Position numbers and translations under genes: made by a program | In this document: piece after piece, positions 37,941-53,400 of the stretch | Numbering within the stretch: position 1 is the first letter of the stretch | Layout: each line of letters begins with the position of its first letter | Origin: Camelus ferus | Lineage: Eukaryota | NCBI RefSeq assembly: GCF_009834535.1 | Contig: NC_045696.1 | Span: 96,846,001-96,910,000, forward strand | DNA: 64,000 bases | Direction of reading: 5' to 3' | Notes under the pieces: model-generated | What the model was told of the DNA's origin: nothing | The model's database searches: none | The model's input: only the letters and a program-made list of their open reading frames with translations

Positions 37941-39394
37941 AGTAAGACTGTGAAAGGAAGAGAGTAATTATCTACAATGACCTAAAAGAAATACAGAGTT
38001 GTGTAGATTATGAAGAGTGCTTCAAGCACCAAATGCTAGCTGTGAAACTAAGCATGGATCTGAAGATTAAATTATTTTCATAATATGCCATTTATCTTAT
38101 CTAGCACATTCCTAGAGGTTCAGCTCTGAAAACAAGCGAGGTAACTTCTTAGAAAAGGTAATTGCTCAGTGATCTTCAGACAGCCAGTATAGCTTACATA
38201 TTTGCTAAGGACTAAAATGTTCTTTTGTTTAGAAAGCTGAAGATACAGTAAGATTATAGGGATCTACATGCAGAATATTATACAAAAAAAAATTTACTTT
38301 ATTATACAAAAAAATTTACCTTGCTTTTACTCAAAGACCCTTCTAACTTTCTCTGTTGAGTCACAATCATAATTAAAAATCCACAACATGAATTCCCAAA
38401 TTACAAAATAAAATGTTTTGTGATAAGAGCTTCATTGATCAAATTGGCAAATGCCATATACTTATGTTCAAGCCCCTTTACCCAAACCAGGTAAAACCAA
38501 TTCTTCATAAACTGACAAGTAGAAGCTATAATCTTTCTTGGAGGCCAGTCCTCAGGAATCATGTACTGTTTCCAGTATATCATATACAACTTTCATCCCC
38601 CTGCCCCCCTGCAATAGGCTCTATAATAACATCAACAGTATTAAAAACGCTTTAATTCTAACTTGGGTAATATTTTGCCTCTTCTCTAAGACATGTATAT
38701 TTTATTTTTTAGAAAGAAACTGTTAAGTTGCTGATTGCAAGAAAAAAAAATCTAATGACTCTAGAGCTCAGTAAGCCTATCAAGGTTAAAAGAAAAAAAA
38801 ATCCATCACTCTTCTATAAGAGGAATTTAAAGATATTTAGTCTAATTTATGAGCAAATGACAATTCTCCTTCCAAAAAAGAGCCTAAATAGATAAAATTC
38901 ATGTAGATAATCTCTGGTCAAATGCAAACCTCTGTGGTTAAGAAAGAAACTATTAGACATATAATAAATTAAGCTAAGAACTCAAAATTTTATGTATTCT
39001 AATTATTAACCATAAGTTCTACCAACGTAAAAACAATCTGTTTAATTTCATGACTTAAAAAACTCACAAAAATGCCCCGTGTAGATTTTTTATTAGTAGT
39101 AACACAAAATAAGTGATTTTTGTGGATGATAAAAGCTAAGCAAACAGGTAAAATGGCTACTCACAAAACTAAGTTTTATTATTTTCTCAAGTAATCAGTC
39201 TTAAAATGGTGTGAAAAAAGCTTTTACCAAGGAACTACTAAAAATTCAGCTAAATATTTTTATAAAGAGTGATACTTGTTTTTAGCAGCTACAAAAACCT
39301 CACTCACCAAATAAAGCACATTTTACATTTATCTAATTAATTTCAGGTCAAAATCCTGATCAGAAAAGGATATTTAAAAAGAGGAAAAAAAGGT

Positions 39395-40570
39395 ACATGC
39401 TGTGGATTGTACCAATGTCAATTTGTTTTACTACAGTCATGAAAGATGTTACCCTTGGGGGAGAACTAGGTGAAGGGGTACATGACACCTCCCTGTACTT
39501 TTTTTTTTTTTTTTGCAATTTCTTATTAATCTACACTTATTTCAAAATAAAAGGTAAAAAAGATACACATACATGGTAAAGAATAAATTTAGAGAGTATA
39601 CACATAAAAGTATACAATCAATACAAAGAAAGTCCCTCTCCTACCTTAGACCCCCTTTATCCAGAGTCAACCATATCACTTCTACTAATGGCCTTAAAAG
39701 AGCCCATTTAGGAAGAATTTCTTTAATACTTTGGAGTGGGAGAGGTCTTTCTAACTATGCTTCAAAATATAAAAAAATAAAAAGCTGCTTCAATAACTTC
39801 CCTAAAATATAAAGCACTTCGAGAAATCTGTAAGACGAGAAGCCCAGTAGAAAAATGGATAGACTTCACATGGACAGCTCACAAGACATGAAAAAATATT
39901 CAGCATCTCATTCATTATAAAAATACAGATTAAAACTATAATGTGATACTATTTCCCTAAACGAACTGGCAAACATATTAAAATTTAATATACTGTTCAG
40001 TGAAGCTGTGGGAAAATAGGCCTTCTCATATAGTGCTGGTACAAGTGGTATACTGGTATAACTCTTAAAGAGAGCAATTTGGTTATACCTAATAAATTTT
40101 ACACACACACACACTTACTCACTCACTCACTCACTCTTTAAGTCAGCAATCATACAACTGGGAATTTATCCTACAGATATTTTTACATACATAAGAAATA
40201 ATGTATTTATAAGGCTTCTCAATATAACACTGTTTATAATATCAAGGCTTCTGATTATCAATGGGGAAGTGGTTAAATAAATGATGGTATAGCCATCCAT
40301 CAATTTACACTGGCGATCTATTAAAAAAAAACCTACAAAGATGCTTTTCTGTGTACTGAGATGGAAATGATATATCTTGCAGATCTTGAAAAGTAAAGGT
40401 ACAGATGTGTGTATATTATCATTTGTGTGAAGAGGGAGATAATATATATCGTATTTCTTATATATGCATAAAGAGACTGGAAGGACACACATACACATAC
40501 ACACACTAAGGAAGTGGTTATCTGTTTGGGAAGGTAGGTAGATAAGGGACAGGGATAGAAGACTACTTTC
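39395..40570 (+). mobile_element. Old L1M/L1ME remnants
   Basis: aaagatgttacccttgggggagaactaggtgaagggg, aaaaatattcagcatctcattcattataaaaatacagattaaaac and ctgggaatttatcctacaga motifs. Confidence 0.65.
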
Positions 40571-43500
40571 AGTGCACTCTGAAGAATGCTGAAAAACACA
40601 TTCCAAGATGAAAATGACTCTTAAAAGAGTTATTACCCTGTACAGTGTGAACTCAAGACATTAAAAAATAGTAGACAGGAAACAAGAAAGGGAGAAAAGA
40701 AGGAAAAGAACCAACAATTCCACCTGCTTCTGGAACTGTTTCTTTCTGAAAGATTAGGTACTATGTTTGATATAGTAATAATATAAATGATGTTTGTAAT
40801 TTGTAAACTTTATTTCTTTGGTGTAGGGTAAATTAAAATCACTTAATATTTATACATCCCAGTATAGTTACTTCTGTTCAAAGTGATTCTGGTAAGTAAA
40901 TAGTAAAAGTCTGTGATAAACATCTAAGGTAAGACAGGCTACATAAACTTATATAATGTTACATTAAAATGAATTACAAAAAAGGTATAGGTAAGACTAG
41001 TATTAACGTTATCTCCTTTTTCCAGATCTCTTTACACTTCAAAGTTATGATATTTGGGGGGAATTATTTTAGTATTTGGTAGTAAAATTCTGATGAACAG
41101 TTACTTGAAGGAAACAATTTAAAAACTAGCCAAACTAAAATTTTTTTTTTCTATTAAAACACTCAAGATAGAAGATGTAAAAATGTAGTCTAGAAAAACT
41201 GGAGACTGATACAAAAGTGAAATATGCATAGCAATTTTACCATGACAGTCCAAACATTTCAAATAAACTAAGAAAGTTTAATTAATATTCTATTATTTCA
41301 CATTAAATACTTCAATGTTATAAGGACATGGAATCACATCTGCTTAAGATAAATGAGCTTATGCACTAGCTAGTTATTTCTTATTAGACTAACATTAGGC
41401 AAGGTTTGACACAATGAAGTTATTTCCTTCCTCTGAGTCAGAATGAAAAAAGAAAGGGTGTGAGAAAGGGGTAGGAGGAGGGTGTCATTTCCCCCAGTGT
41501 TGGAGAGCTTACACTTAGAGCAGACTCTATTGAAAGAGATTTCATTTTACTGTTTACACAGTAGCAATAGATAATTTGATAATAACAATTAATTACTGGG
41601 AAATGAAGAATAAATAACCAAGGGGCTTAAGCCAAATTAAAAGTCTGACACTGTAGTCCTGACTACTTTAATTTACTTCCTGGAGACTGGGAAAACAGTA
41701 TATGATTGACGACTACCTAGACTGAGATGAACACTGGTACCTGAGAGTGAAAAGGGGGAGAGGGATTAGAAAGGATTTTAAATTTTGCCAACTGATGCCC
41801 AGCTCAGAATACCTGACAAAAACCTAAATAATGTAGTAATACTGAAAAGGAGCAAAGCAAATGCAGTTCCATGTATTCATTCAGACTGTTGGGATATAAG
41901 CTGATACATTTTTCTACTTTATCAGAATTCAGTGATTAAAGTACTGTAGACTTTAATCTAGAAAAAGGTTGATGTTTTTCAAGACTGATTTTTAAGGGCT
42001 ATTTCTCCTAGAAAGTAGAAAATTTTAATAGAAAGGAAAAAGTCAATAAAAATTCTTAATATGAATGAAGACATTAAAATATATGAGTTCAAATTACTTC
42101 AGCTGTGTTAGGAAAAGGGTAAAGATTAAGAAAAAGCCTTTCAGACAAAGAACTATGCTTTAAGAGTCATTTTGTAGTTAATTTCAATTCTCCTTTTTTA
42201 AAAGGTTAACAATATAGCATTCATTCCCTTTACCTATGAGGAAATAATAGCACTCTCATCACCTAAGGAAATTTTCATGATTTAAGTATATGAAAATGAG
42301 CAAAACTGGAGAAAGAACATGATAGAAAAGAATGTCAAGGGAAATAAAAACAAAAACGTAAGATTTGCATTTCATTTCAGAGACAAAACAAGCACTTAAT
42401 AAATTTTCACCCAGCTCTGGGCCCATTATAAAAACAACCTTTTTATACAGCTAAATTCACCTAACATTTCCAAAAGTAACTTAGAATTCTTTAGCAATTA
42501 CATAAGAATGGGCCAAGTGGGGTGGGGTGGGGGACGAGAAACTAGCTTACTAATATATTCTAATGCTAATCTTTACATTATCCTCCCCCTCTACCCCCAT
42601 CCCCATTCCACTGGCCTGCTCAACTTTTGCAATGGATAGCCTAAACTCCTTAAGATCCTCCATGGTTTACTTTCACTCTCTTTGCTCATAGTTTCTCACT
42701 CTCTGTGGAAATTCTACCATTCTTTTATAGCTTTCAGCTCAAATATTTTCTCTTCTGTAAAGGCATCTCTAACCTTTCCAGAAGCAGTGTAGTAGGTCAT
42801 AGCTCATACTATACTTATGGTACTAACCAACACAGGCTGGGTTTTTAAAGTTGCATCTATCTCCTACCAGACAAAACGCTACGTGCTGTACAAAATCTAC
42901 CACAAGGCTGGCAGCCATTTACTAAAGAGTGCTGTAGAAGCCTGGACTCACAAACTGTATACTTGGATTTGAGTCCTAAATATATCACTTGCTACAATGA
43001 CTCTGAGGCCTTTTTTTTTTTTTTTTTTTTTGGTTAACATGAGGTAGCTGTATTGGATCACCTCCAAAGCCATTTCCTACACTTAATGGCAAAATGGACT
43101 TTTCCCAAGCATTCCTTGGTATTTAATGAATATGGGTAATGCTATTATTTTAAGCAAACTTAAAATAAATAATTGGGGGAAACATTCCTTAATCTCATTA
43201 CTCCTTTTCAGTCTGAAACTAAACTTTTCATGTTCTTACTGCCTAATATTAATATCTAATTCATACATCTAGGTAAATCAAATTCCTTTGGAGGTAACAG
43301 GTCATAAATCCTGAACAAACTTTATCTCTTATTTCCTAATAGCCAAATCTCTGTAACATCTATCTTTCTAGATGACACTTATATTAAAAAATGAGAAATT
43401 CCAATCTGTCTCCTCTATACATGCCCAACACTCAACAGATACTGGGTGGAAAGGCACAAAGTTAGACAGTGTCCATCAGTGGGATGATCACTTGATGTAG

Positions 43501-43646
43501 AATTAGCAAGTACACACCGCAGTTTGGCCTCACCTCAGATTTGCTGTGTCTAGGGGCAAGTTACTCAGATTGTTTTCCTTTTTCTTTCATCATTTAGTTT
43601 CAGAGACTTTAATGAAACTTAGTGTAAACACTCAAAGGCTCTGTTT

Positions 43647-43649
<3 letters not shown>

Positions 43650-43704
<55 letters not shown>
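43650..43704. repeat. (TG)n microsatellite, about 27 units
   Basis: Directly visible perfect repeat. Confidence 0.97.
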
Positions 43705-43707
<3 letters not shown>

Positions 43708-45224
43708 GCAGGGGGGTTAGAAGGAAAGATAGTACTATTCAATAAAGGTCTTAAAAAAGTTACCTAAGATAAGCAAAGGGGAAGAAGGGATAGCTGGACA
43801 CTGCAAAATGCTTGGTCACAGGCATTAAGCAAGGGAAAATGAAAGTTTTTTTTTATAATTGAAGCACAGAGAATCTGTGAGAGATCAGAGGGATGATAAA
43901 TGAAAAGGGCTCACCTATAATAAAGAAAATGCCACGGATGACTGGAGTTTTTAGCATGATGCAACTAGGGAGTAGGGAGGTAATTAATCTCTCAGGAAGA
44001 AGGTTAAATTTTTTGAGGGGTGGAAAGTGAGTGGCAGAGAAACTTGGAAGAAATTTTAAGTTACATTTGGGGTTGTTGAATTTTGAGACATCTGGGATAT
44101 AGATCCCAGTGGAGAAATAAAAAAAGAAGGTTGCTGGAAATAGGTATCTAGAACTCCAAAGTAATCTCTAGCGAGTAGTCTGGGTTTGAAAGTTGTCAGA
44201 ATGTGTTGGCTAGCTCAAATTGTGAGACATGAGCTTGGTTAAACAGTAAAGACAAATGGGGCCAAAACACTGGAGAAGACCAACAAGTGAATAGTTATAG
44301 AGGATGGGATGGGAAGAAACTACACTTCTTGGGAAAGCTAATTCTTTCATTGAATGGCCTCACATTTGCCTCTTCTTTCTCAAGTATTCCACAAACTATC
44401 TTTTTTTCAACTAACAGTTAGTCTTGAGCAAATTCTCTCCATCCCATTTCCACAATGAGGCCTAACCAGATTTAGTCAAGATGAGGCTATTCCCTTGAAT
44501 ACCAAAATGTCATAATATACTAGTGAAGGGCACATAACATAATTTTTGCCCACCTTACAGCTAATCTTTTCATTTATGTTCATTTCTTGAAGGTGCAGAG
44601 ATGTTATTTAAAATAGCTTTACAGAAAAAGCATAATTTTACAGACAATATATTTGACAAAGTAAAATTATATCAGGTTAGCAATTAGGGTTATCTGCCTA
44701 AAATCCAGCTTTTATTCCTAGGTTAATAATTAATCTTTCTTTGCTACCTTATGTCCCTTTTTAATCTGTCCCCAAAGTCCAGGGATAGTAATAAATGAAA
44801 ATGAAGGTTATCAAGGAACCGTTTCAAAATAGGATAAATCCAGAAGAATAAAAAAAATATCACGAGGTTCTTAAAAAGACAGTTGCTTCATTATCATTTA
44901 GACTAAAAGGACAGCACCAAGCATGGTCATTACCCCTTTATAAAATGAAAATAATATTGTATCAGGGAAAAAATCTGGTTGTAATAAATCAATGAATGCT
45001 TTGCATTTGGGATGTTTTAAAAGTTTAGATTGGTTTGGGTTTGAGCAAATAGTTAATATAAGGAAAGTACTGTGAAGATACGCCCTGAAGAGTTCAAGCT
45101 GTCTAGGCTGTCACTTTGCTACACTTGTCTTAACTCTCTTTTGCTCTCTACTTCATTCCGGGGGTAAGACAGTTTACCTCTTATCAGCTGCCTATGCAAA
45201 AGGCTGAACTCTCAAAGAATAATA

Positions 45225-45405
45225 AAGTGGTTTAAGAACATAGGCTTTAGAAGTAGACGAGCTGGTTTTAAAATCCCAAATCCACTACTTACTGAAGGGG
45301 TGATCCTACCAAGTTAACACACTGAAACCAGTTTCCTCATCTGTAAAATGGGGTCATGGTTGTATCTACCTTAAAGGATTGCTGTGAAGATTGTATGAGA
45401 TATTT
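45225..45405 (+). mobile_element. MIR SINE
   Basis: gtggtttaagaacataggctttagaagtagac...cagtttcctcatctgtaaaatgggg...ggattgctgtgaagatt. Confidence 0.8.
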
Positions 45406-47979
45406 TACAACAGAAGAAACTTAAAAGAACTTTTTAAATACAGTTAGTATTAAGAAATAGCTTTTGTATTTATGTTTCACCCAAAGAATAAAATAATCCT
45501 AGTTATGCCTGATTCCGTTATACTTGATTTACTTTATTTCTTTATACTCAATTAATCAAATGTTAAAGATTTAATGTAGCCACAAAATATATGCTAACAA
45601 AAATTGTTTGATTTGAGATGTACACTTACACCAATATTTATTAAGCATACATAGCATTCCTGTGGATTGAACACTGGTTAAGTTTTTATTGATATACTAT
45701 AGGATCTCAGTATTTCACTGTTTGGAATGAAAATAATCCTAACTTACTGTGGGAAATTTTTCCAAAGGCCACTGAGATAGAACTGAATTAAATTCAACAT
45801 AAAAGTTTCCAAAAAACTGTTTAAAATGTCTCATGCCTTTCTTTAGTATTATGTGGCATTTCAACATTAAGTATTACTAAAAACAACTCAAAAAGAGTGG
45901 GATAAAGTGTTTTGGTTCTAAACCACATTTACTCTACGTGAGAATCACTGCTTTAGAATGACCTAATTCAAAAAGGGATTTTGGTATAGGACAATAAAGA
46001 AAAGTATAAAGTAGTAGTACTATAAAATCTGAAGGGTTATAAAGGTTTTGCACTCAAGCAGAACTGTACTCAAATATGCACATTATCAGTGACAAGTTTT
46101 TAACAGCTAACAACTCTTTGTCATTTCAATCTTGAAATCCACGTCCTTGAATTATTCTAGGCAATGACGATTCTATGTTATTATGGTTAATGACAGAATT
46201 TTACAATAGTTTGTAAGTCAATTTGTGTAAAATTTTTATGATTTCTAGACTTACATCATGACTTGAAGTTTGTTAAATCAATTTAGATTCTAGAGACAAG
46301 AATTAATGAAATGCAACGCTTCACCAACATAATCTTTTCTCTCTTCCTTTCTTGTTGACAGGCCTCACCCCCCTGACTCCTCCATAAATAATTTTATTTT
46401 TTTGTCTTCACTGAATGTTTTTCTCCCTTGAATTAAATATTAAAGGCAGGAACTGTGTCCATCTCAAGAGTCTACTTATTACAACACTCTGCATATAACT
46501 GATATTGAACATTTAATTGAAGAAAAAGATGGAATAAAACATACGATATTTAATATATTATCTAATTATATTTTGTAAGTTCAACAGGAACTTATGTCAA
46601 GTTGGGCTTACTGCACCAGGAAAAACAATTAAGAAATTAACTAGTTATTTAAACTATTAGAAACTAATTAGAAGGGTGTCACTGGAACACAGGGGAAGTG
46701 GGAAGACCTCCTTAGAGTTTTCTTTTGCTCCCTGACAAAGAGAGCTTAAATAAAAAGCCAATAATCTTTCTGTGATGTTCCTTGCATCTGGTTGTTACTC
46801 ACTGAGGAGGAAGAAAGTTTAACAGTCTATATATATTATAGGCAACTGAAGTAAGTAGAGAAACTGTTTAAGTCTGAGGAACAGAAAAGTCAGAGCTCTA
46901 TAGATTTTCAGGTTGCTTCTGACAAAATTATGCCAGTGAAACTTAGCAGTCCTATGTATGGATCATGGTGACTGACAAAGTCATAGCAGACTTTGTGAAA
47001 AATAAAGTGGGCTTTAAAAACTCAATCTTTTGGATAAAAATCGTGAAAAAGTCTTTTTTTACCTTAGAATCACAGATTTAGAGGAAAATCATTTTATCAA
47101 TCTAGTGAAGGCTTAATTGTATAATCATACCTCATAAATATCCATCTGTGAGTTCTCTCAATTCCCCAGCATTATTCTCTATAGATGCTTTGAACTGAAT
47201 CTAAAGAGAAGTAAAAGAAAAGCTATTCTAAAGGTGGAAAGAGGAGGCAAAAGTCTTGCTGGTTTGGTCAGGTCAGAGAAAGAAGACATTTCAAACTGTC
47301 ATGCTTTAGGAATGTGTCAGGAACAAGTGAGAGTTCTAAGTGAACTAGATTCAGGAGTCTGAAGAGATTCGGATGTGCTTTACTCCTTTTACACTGGTGA
47401 TCAAAGCACATATAAAGGAGTCCCATGAAACCCTTACATCACCACTAAAATCAATAATTACAAAGAGGGGAAAACATTCCTGTGATCTCTAAGATGTTCA
47501 GCCATGTCTCCTTATCCAGTTTGAAAAAGAACTTTAGAACTACGTTTGTACTAAAATCAGTGACTTATGGCCATGAACTGGAATCCACATTCTTGAATAC
47601 AGCAGCTATGAAAACTAACAGAATTAACTAGAGAATGTTCTCAGTTCAATGTTTCCACAGCTTACGTTTTTACATGAACCTAATCTCTTTACTAAATCTT
47701 TAAGTGATGGCAAAGTATTTTTCTGCTTCACATTTTAGATTCTCTGCTGTATAGGATTCATAAAAGGTTTAAACATGAAACGGAAAAAGAAAGACAGGAT
47801 GCTAAGATAAACATCACTGGAGGTGTTCTAAGGCTACATGACAACTTGGAAGGTATGCTGTAGACATACATGACTCAAGTATGAGATAAGTGGCTGAAAT
47901 AAATGACCACTAGATTCCTTTCCAACTTAGAGTTATAATTCTAGACTCAGAAGATAAACTCAGAGGTGGTATCAAATAA

Positions 47980-48160
47980 AAGGGCTTTGGTTCTGGAGTC
48001 ATAACCAGGTTTGAAATCCAACTCCATGACTTTTACGATATGACTTCACAAAAGTTACTCAGCTTCTCCAAAGGATAAAAAATAGGACCAGATACTAGGA
48101 TTCAGTGAGATAAAGCATTAGTGTCTGGCACATCGTTAACACTTAAATATGTTAACTATA
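47980..48160 (+). mobile_element. MIR SINE fragment
   Basis: ttctggagtc...ggtttgaaatccaactcca...gtgtctggcacatcgttaacacttaaatatgttaacta. Confidence 0.55.
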
Positions 48161-48379
48161 TAATTGGTATTAGTAAGGTATAGTGGTCAAAATCTAAATG
48201 TCATGAAGTACACAAGGAACACTGACTTAGGTAATCTATTTTTTTACATCTGACTCTTGCCTTTAACTGTATACACAATAATTTTTAACATTCTTTCCAG
48301 ATACCAAATTTTGTGAAGCTACATTCCAGAGCAATTTTAATGTACTGGAACATTTATCAAATGTTGATTATGGGGATAC

Positions 48380-49085
48380 ACTATCAAATAAACATAATCC
48401 CAGAATTTACAGTTTACTACAGGAGTTACAAGTTAGACGTGTGATAAATGCTAAGACAGGGCAAGATTATAGAGGGTGTTTCAGAAGCACATAATCAAGA
48501 TTTAGGGTCAGGAAAAAAATTGTTTAGTAGAGGAAGTGTCACACTTGAGTGGAGAAGAAAAGGATACACACACAAAAATGTTCTAAGTAAAAAGAACATA
48601 GGTACCTTCAGTCCTGTTAGAAAACTCAAATAATGAAGGCCAGTCAGAAGGCTGTTAACATTTCCAATTAAGAAAGGATTGTGCCCTGAACAGGAATGAG
48701 ACAGGTGAACAGGCTGAAGAAATTCTCAGGAGGTAGACATGGCAGTTATTTTGTTATTAACTTGTCATGAGAGATCAGATTAAACTGGCTACAAAAGATC
48801 AGGGAAGTTTGAATATAAGGACATATGCCTAAGTAATGAGTTTGAGTGCCAAGAGCATATACATGGTTTCCTCCAGCATGTAGATGACATCCAAAGCCAT
48901 CCAGATGCTCTTAACATGATGAAGAATGTGAGAAGTCAGTCTGGACACTATCCTGCAGACACCAAGAATACTTAAAAGAATAAATAGAAAGGAAAAGTCT
49001 GCCAAGGGGACTGAAAAGAAACAACCAAAGAGATAGGAAGAAAAACTGGAAAGGATGGTATCACAGATGTCAAAATATGAGTCAA
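48380..49085 (-). mobile_element. LINE-2 remnant
   Basis: Purine-rich L2-like motifs (ggtcaggaaaa...gaggaagtgtcacacttgag; gccaaggggactgaaaagaaacaaccaaagagataggaagaaaa). Confidence 0.5.
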
Positions 49086-50254
49086 AAATTCAAAACCCCT
49101 GAAATATCAGTATTAGCTTTGTACAAATGGACAAATATTTGGAACAGTAAAAACTACTTAAAAGCTACTTAACCATGATTGCAACTATTAAAATCCATTC
49201 ATATGTACTCAAAGTCTGGAGGAGAATATGCAAACACTGACAGCAATTATGTTAAAAACTTGGATTAGCTGTAATTGTTCTTATTTCCCAAACTTTCATA
49301 GTTTTAATTTTGAAAAGGTAAATATATTACTACTAAAAAAGCTGGGGTACAAATACATTATCTGAAAGAAGACTTTTAGGATAGGATTCTCATATTCTGA
49401 TGACCCATCATGTTATTTGTGTATTTTCAATCAAGTTTATACTTGATTGCAGACTATTTCAATTTAACTGAAGAATACACAATTATTATAGTTTTACTTG
49501 CTTTTGGTTTAAACAGTACTATTGTTGTGGATTTAACTTTAAGTCATATTTAGACACAGGAACTTTATTATAAACACTTAAAGATAGGGAAAGGGCATAA
49601 GGTTTAGATCTCATCTGAGAATAAAATTTAATCAACAAAAAGGACTTGTACAAAGTGCTCAATAAAAAAAAATCATCCACTTTTTCCAAAAAATATATTT
49701 TGCTTCATAAATGTTTTACAAGTAGACATAAAAGAGTGAATTGATTAATTAATTAATAGAATTATTCACAACTAAGAGCAAATGTGGTATAGCTTAGTAG
49801 GGGGTTTTACATGTGATGCACCTCCCTATCCCATGAAACACTGGCAACTCAAAGTAGCTTTTTAAATCCTTCCAGTGTTTGCTATTTATAAATAAATATT
49901 AAAGGGTGAGTTCCTTAATGGTTTACACTTAGTACAATGCTATTCTAGTAAGTACTACAACTTTTCTAATACATGTACAGTTGCTTATGATTAATTATAA
50001 GTATTAAATTTGAATGAAGGTTATTTTATAATGCAATAAATAATTTTAGATAGTAAGCAACTTACCAAATTTATTTTTTGGCAAGTGCTTTAAAAGATGG
50101 TTTTATAATGAGGTTGACCCATTGCTACTTAAGTTCACAGGAAATCATATTCATGTATTCACATCTTTATACAATATGAAATTCTCCCTTATCTTATCCT
50201 TCAAGTTTTCCAGGATTACTCTGTATACCTGCACTCCAATTGAGAGAGCCCAAT

Positions 50255-50450
50255 TTCCACTTAGAAAGCTGGATTTGAATCCTAGCTCCACCACTTACCA
50301 GCTATGTGACCTGAGAAAAGTACTTAATCTAAGCTTTCAATTTCTTTCTCTGTAAACTGAGGCTATTGATAGTGTCTACATAATTTGACTGCTGTGAAAA
50401 TTAAATGAGATAACATGTCATAGTAACCTGACACAGAATAACCACTAAGT
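50255..50450 (+). mobile_element. MIR SINE
   Basis: ctggatttgaatcctagctccaccacttaccagctatgtgacctgagaaa...ctgtaaa...tgtgaaaattaaatgagataa. Confidence 0.8.
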
Positions 50451-53400
50451 AGCAAAGAAACAACTACTCTGTGGAGAAAAAGAATCAACACTTGAGCACA
50501 GAGACTGACAGGATGCAATTTCTAAACTAAAAGCGGTTAGGATCTGTTCTATCCGTCTAATAGTCACTTAAAGTAAGCCAGCCTTGGATAAGTATCAGTA
50601 AGAGTTATAGATCAGCGTACTCATTAAGAATTTCTTTCATAAGTCACATATCTGGGTGTCTAACAGGGACTGTCCCTTAGACACAATCATTCATTCACAA
50701 TGTTACTCAACTGTTTTTGAAAACCTGGCAAATGCTCTGAACCTTTCACTGAAAACTGAACAAAGTTCTATCCAAAATTTCACAGGCTTCATGATCTTCA
50801 TGATCCTCTGAGGCCCACCCACTGACTACTACATATGGATATCCTATACTAAAGAAATTAGAAGTTATTTTCCTAATTACCAAAGTTATATAGATTTATT
50901 GTAGAAAATAAATATAAATGGAAAATATATATAGAATAAGGGACAACTGTTATTAGTTTGTTGTATTTTCTTCCAAACTACCATTGATTGCTATTACTGG
51001 TTTAAGAAACTTTAAGTTTATATATATGATACAATTACACGAAGTCTTGGAATACTATTACCAGAAACAATTTGGAGTATTAATTTAAAAGACAGAATGG
51101 AGGTGTGTAAGAGAGAGAATAACATATCTCTGGTTAAGAATAAAGTCAGAAATAGATATTGTAGCCTATTTAGATGATAATTTAAAATATTTTTTGATAG
51201 ATCTGCAGGATATGTATACCATAATTTAATAAAAATATTAATTCTACAACTGTAAGACTTTAGACATATAACTTAACCTAGATTTTTTTATCATATGCAA
51301 AATATGATGATCATCAGAGTGCAGAGTAAATATTCTAATCTAAACTGCATTATTCTAAGAGTCCCTCTACAAAATACAACTGTGTAAAACAAAGCAAAAT
51401 AAGATGGTACACAAAACAAGCTTAAAATTTTTTGTTTTCTAAGCAGAATACAATTCTGAAAGGAAATGTTTTAATTTTCAGGGCATATAAAACTGTATAT
51501 AGACTTCTAATATATCATTTTCATTTGATATTGTCATCTTAATTGTTCTCAATGTAAGAATTGAGAAAATTTCGTTGGCTTTTATTTTTAGAGACAGCAG
51601 GAAAATGTCTTTTATTAAGAAAAATAAAATCCCACAAGTAATAAAATTAATTTAAACTATATTTTATGGAGAAAATGGATGTAAATTCTTAAAAAATGAA
51701 AAATTATTATTTCTCAAATATCTCTTGGGATATTAACTAGAAAGTATATGGGGCTCTTTACTATATTGTAAGCATCTACAGCAGATGCAATAGCAATATT
51801 TAAATAATCTTATTATAATATAGGCTGTCACTTTATTTTTAAAACTGATTATTTATTAAACACCATTGCAAAGATAGGGCCTTCAGCCTCATGAGACTTT
51901 AAAAGAATTACATACTCCAAGTATTTAAAATTCCAAGTTTTAACTTATATTTAATACTATACTCTTAAGTTATACAATGTGTTCATTTTGTTCATAAATA
52001 TTCATCTCAATGCAATAACATCAGGTATAATACATAAAATCTAATCCATCAATTCTTACCAATTTATGACCTGATGAGACACTCTTGTGGACAACATTCA
52101 GTCCTTAGAAGCTAGAATAACCCTCCAACCATGTGAGGGCATCACAACTTTTAAACTTTCGGCTTTCGATCATTATTATGTCACATTCCTCCTCCGATGC
52201 TGAATTCTAAAAAAAATTCTAGCAAAGAGTTTAAGTAAATAAGTGTTTTAATCAAATAGCCTTTAAAAATCTTTTATAGCAAAGTTTTATGTTTTACCGT
52301 GATTACACAACTGATATTTTGTACTAAAATATTTTTTTAATGTAAGATAATTTCATATTTGATCTAGATACTTCAAACTTTAAATATCAACATGGACTTT
52401 CAGGCCATCATGAATATTTGTTAGTAAAGAGTCATAGAAATGGAACCAATTAAAGGTTTAAGATCATGATCCAGAAATTATGATTTAACACCATAACTTG
52501 GTATAGATAGCTTTGCAGTCCTGTAGAATGGCACTTGAGTTCTATTGTTTGGTCCACATCCATATGTGAATTTCTAGACTTACATAGCACAGGTGGCTGG
52601 ATCAGTAATAATTTATATTGATTATTTAAATGCTTAAGAAAGCATTCAAATTTTATACCTAAATCCTAGTCTGTCTCTATTACCCACAATTTTAAAATTA
52701 GACAACATGATGGAAAGAATGAAATTTTATTATGTTTTATATAATAGATGTAACAATGTATCCTATTCAGAAGTAACCCTACTGCTCATCTGTGTGTAGG
52801 CACAGCAGAAAACAGGGGATAGGAAGATTTAATAATGGTAAAAATTACTTCATTAAGAATATAATCTTAGATTTATTAAATTTATATAAAAAAGTTTTCA
52901 ATTAGACACCTATTTTAATTGCTGAAAGGTTAACATTTTCTATTTGGTAAGAATGCTCATTTATATTTTTAGTTGCCAGTAATCCGAAGAAAAGGCAACT
53001 CACATATTTATGGGCATATTTTTGCCTATATTAACTCCGTAAATAAAATCATAATAGGGCAAGGGGGAGGGGGTAAAGAGGCCCTTACTGAGGAAGATCA
53101 GTATGTGCAAAACTATAGAAAACTCAAAGACAGCACTGTAAGGAAACTCTGCAGCAATCTCCAGAGATATTTGACCCAAACATAGGGGGTTAGAGTTACA
53201 CTGGTACAGATTTTAACTTTTAATGGAAATTTTCTATTAAATACACATGGTCATTTAAAAGTCTTCCATATAGTCTGAAACATTACTAGAATTTTTCCAA
53301 TTTACAAATATAATCTTTCCAAATGTAATCTCACAACACATTTGACTTCAATAAAAATCACACAACTTTACTATCCTTTGTCAAAGCACAGCCTTATATT

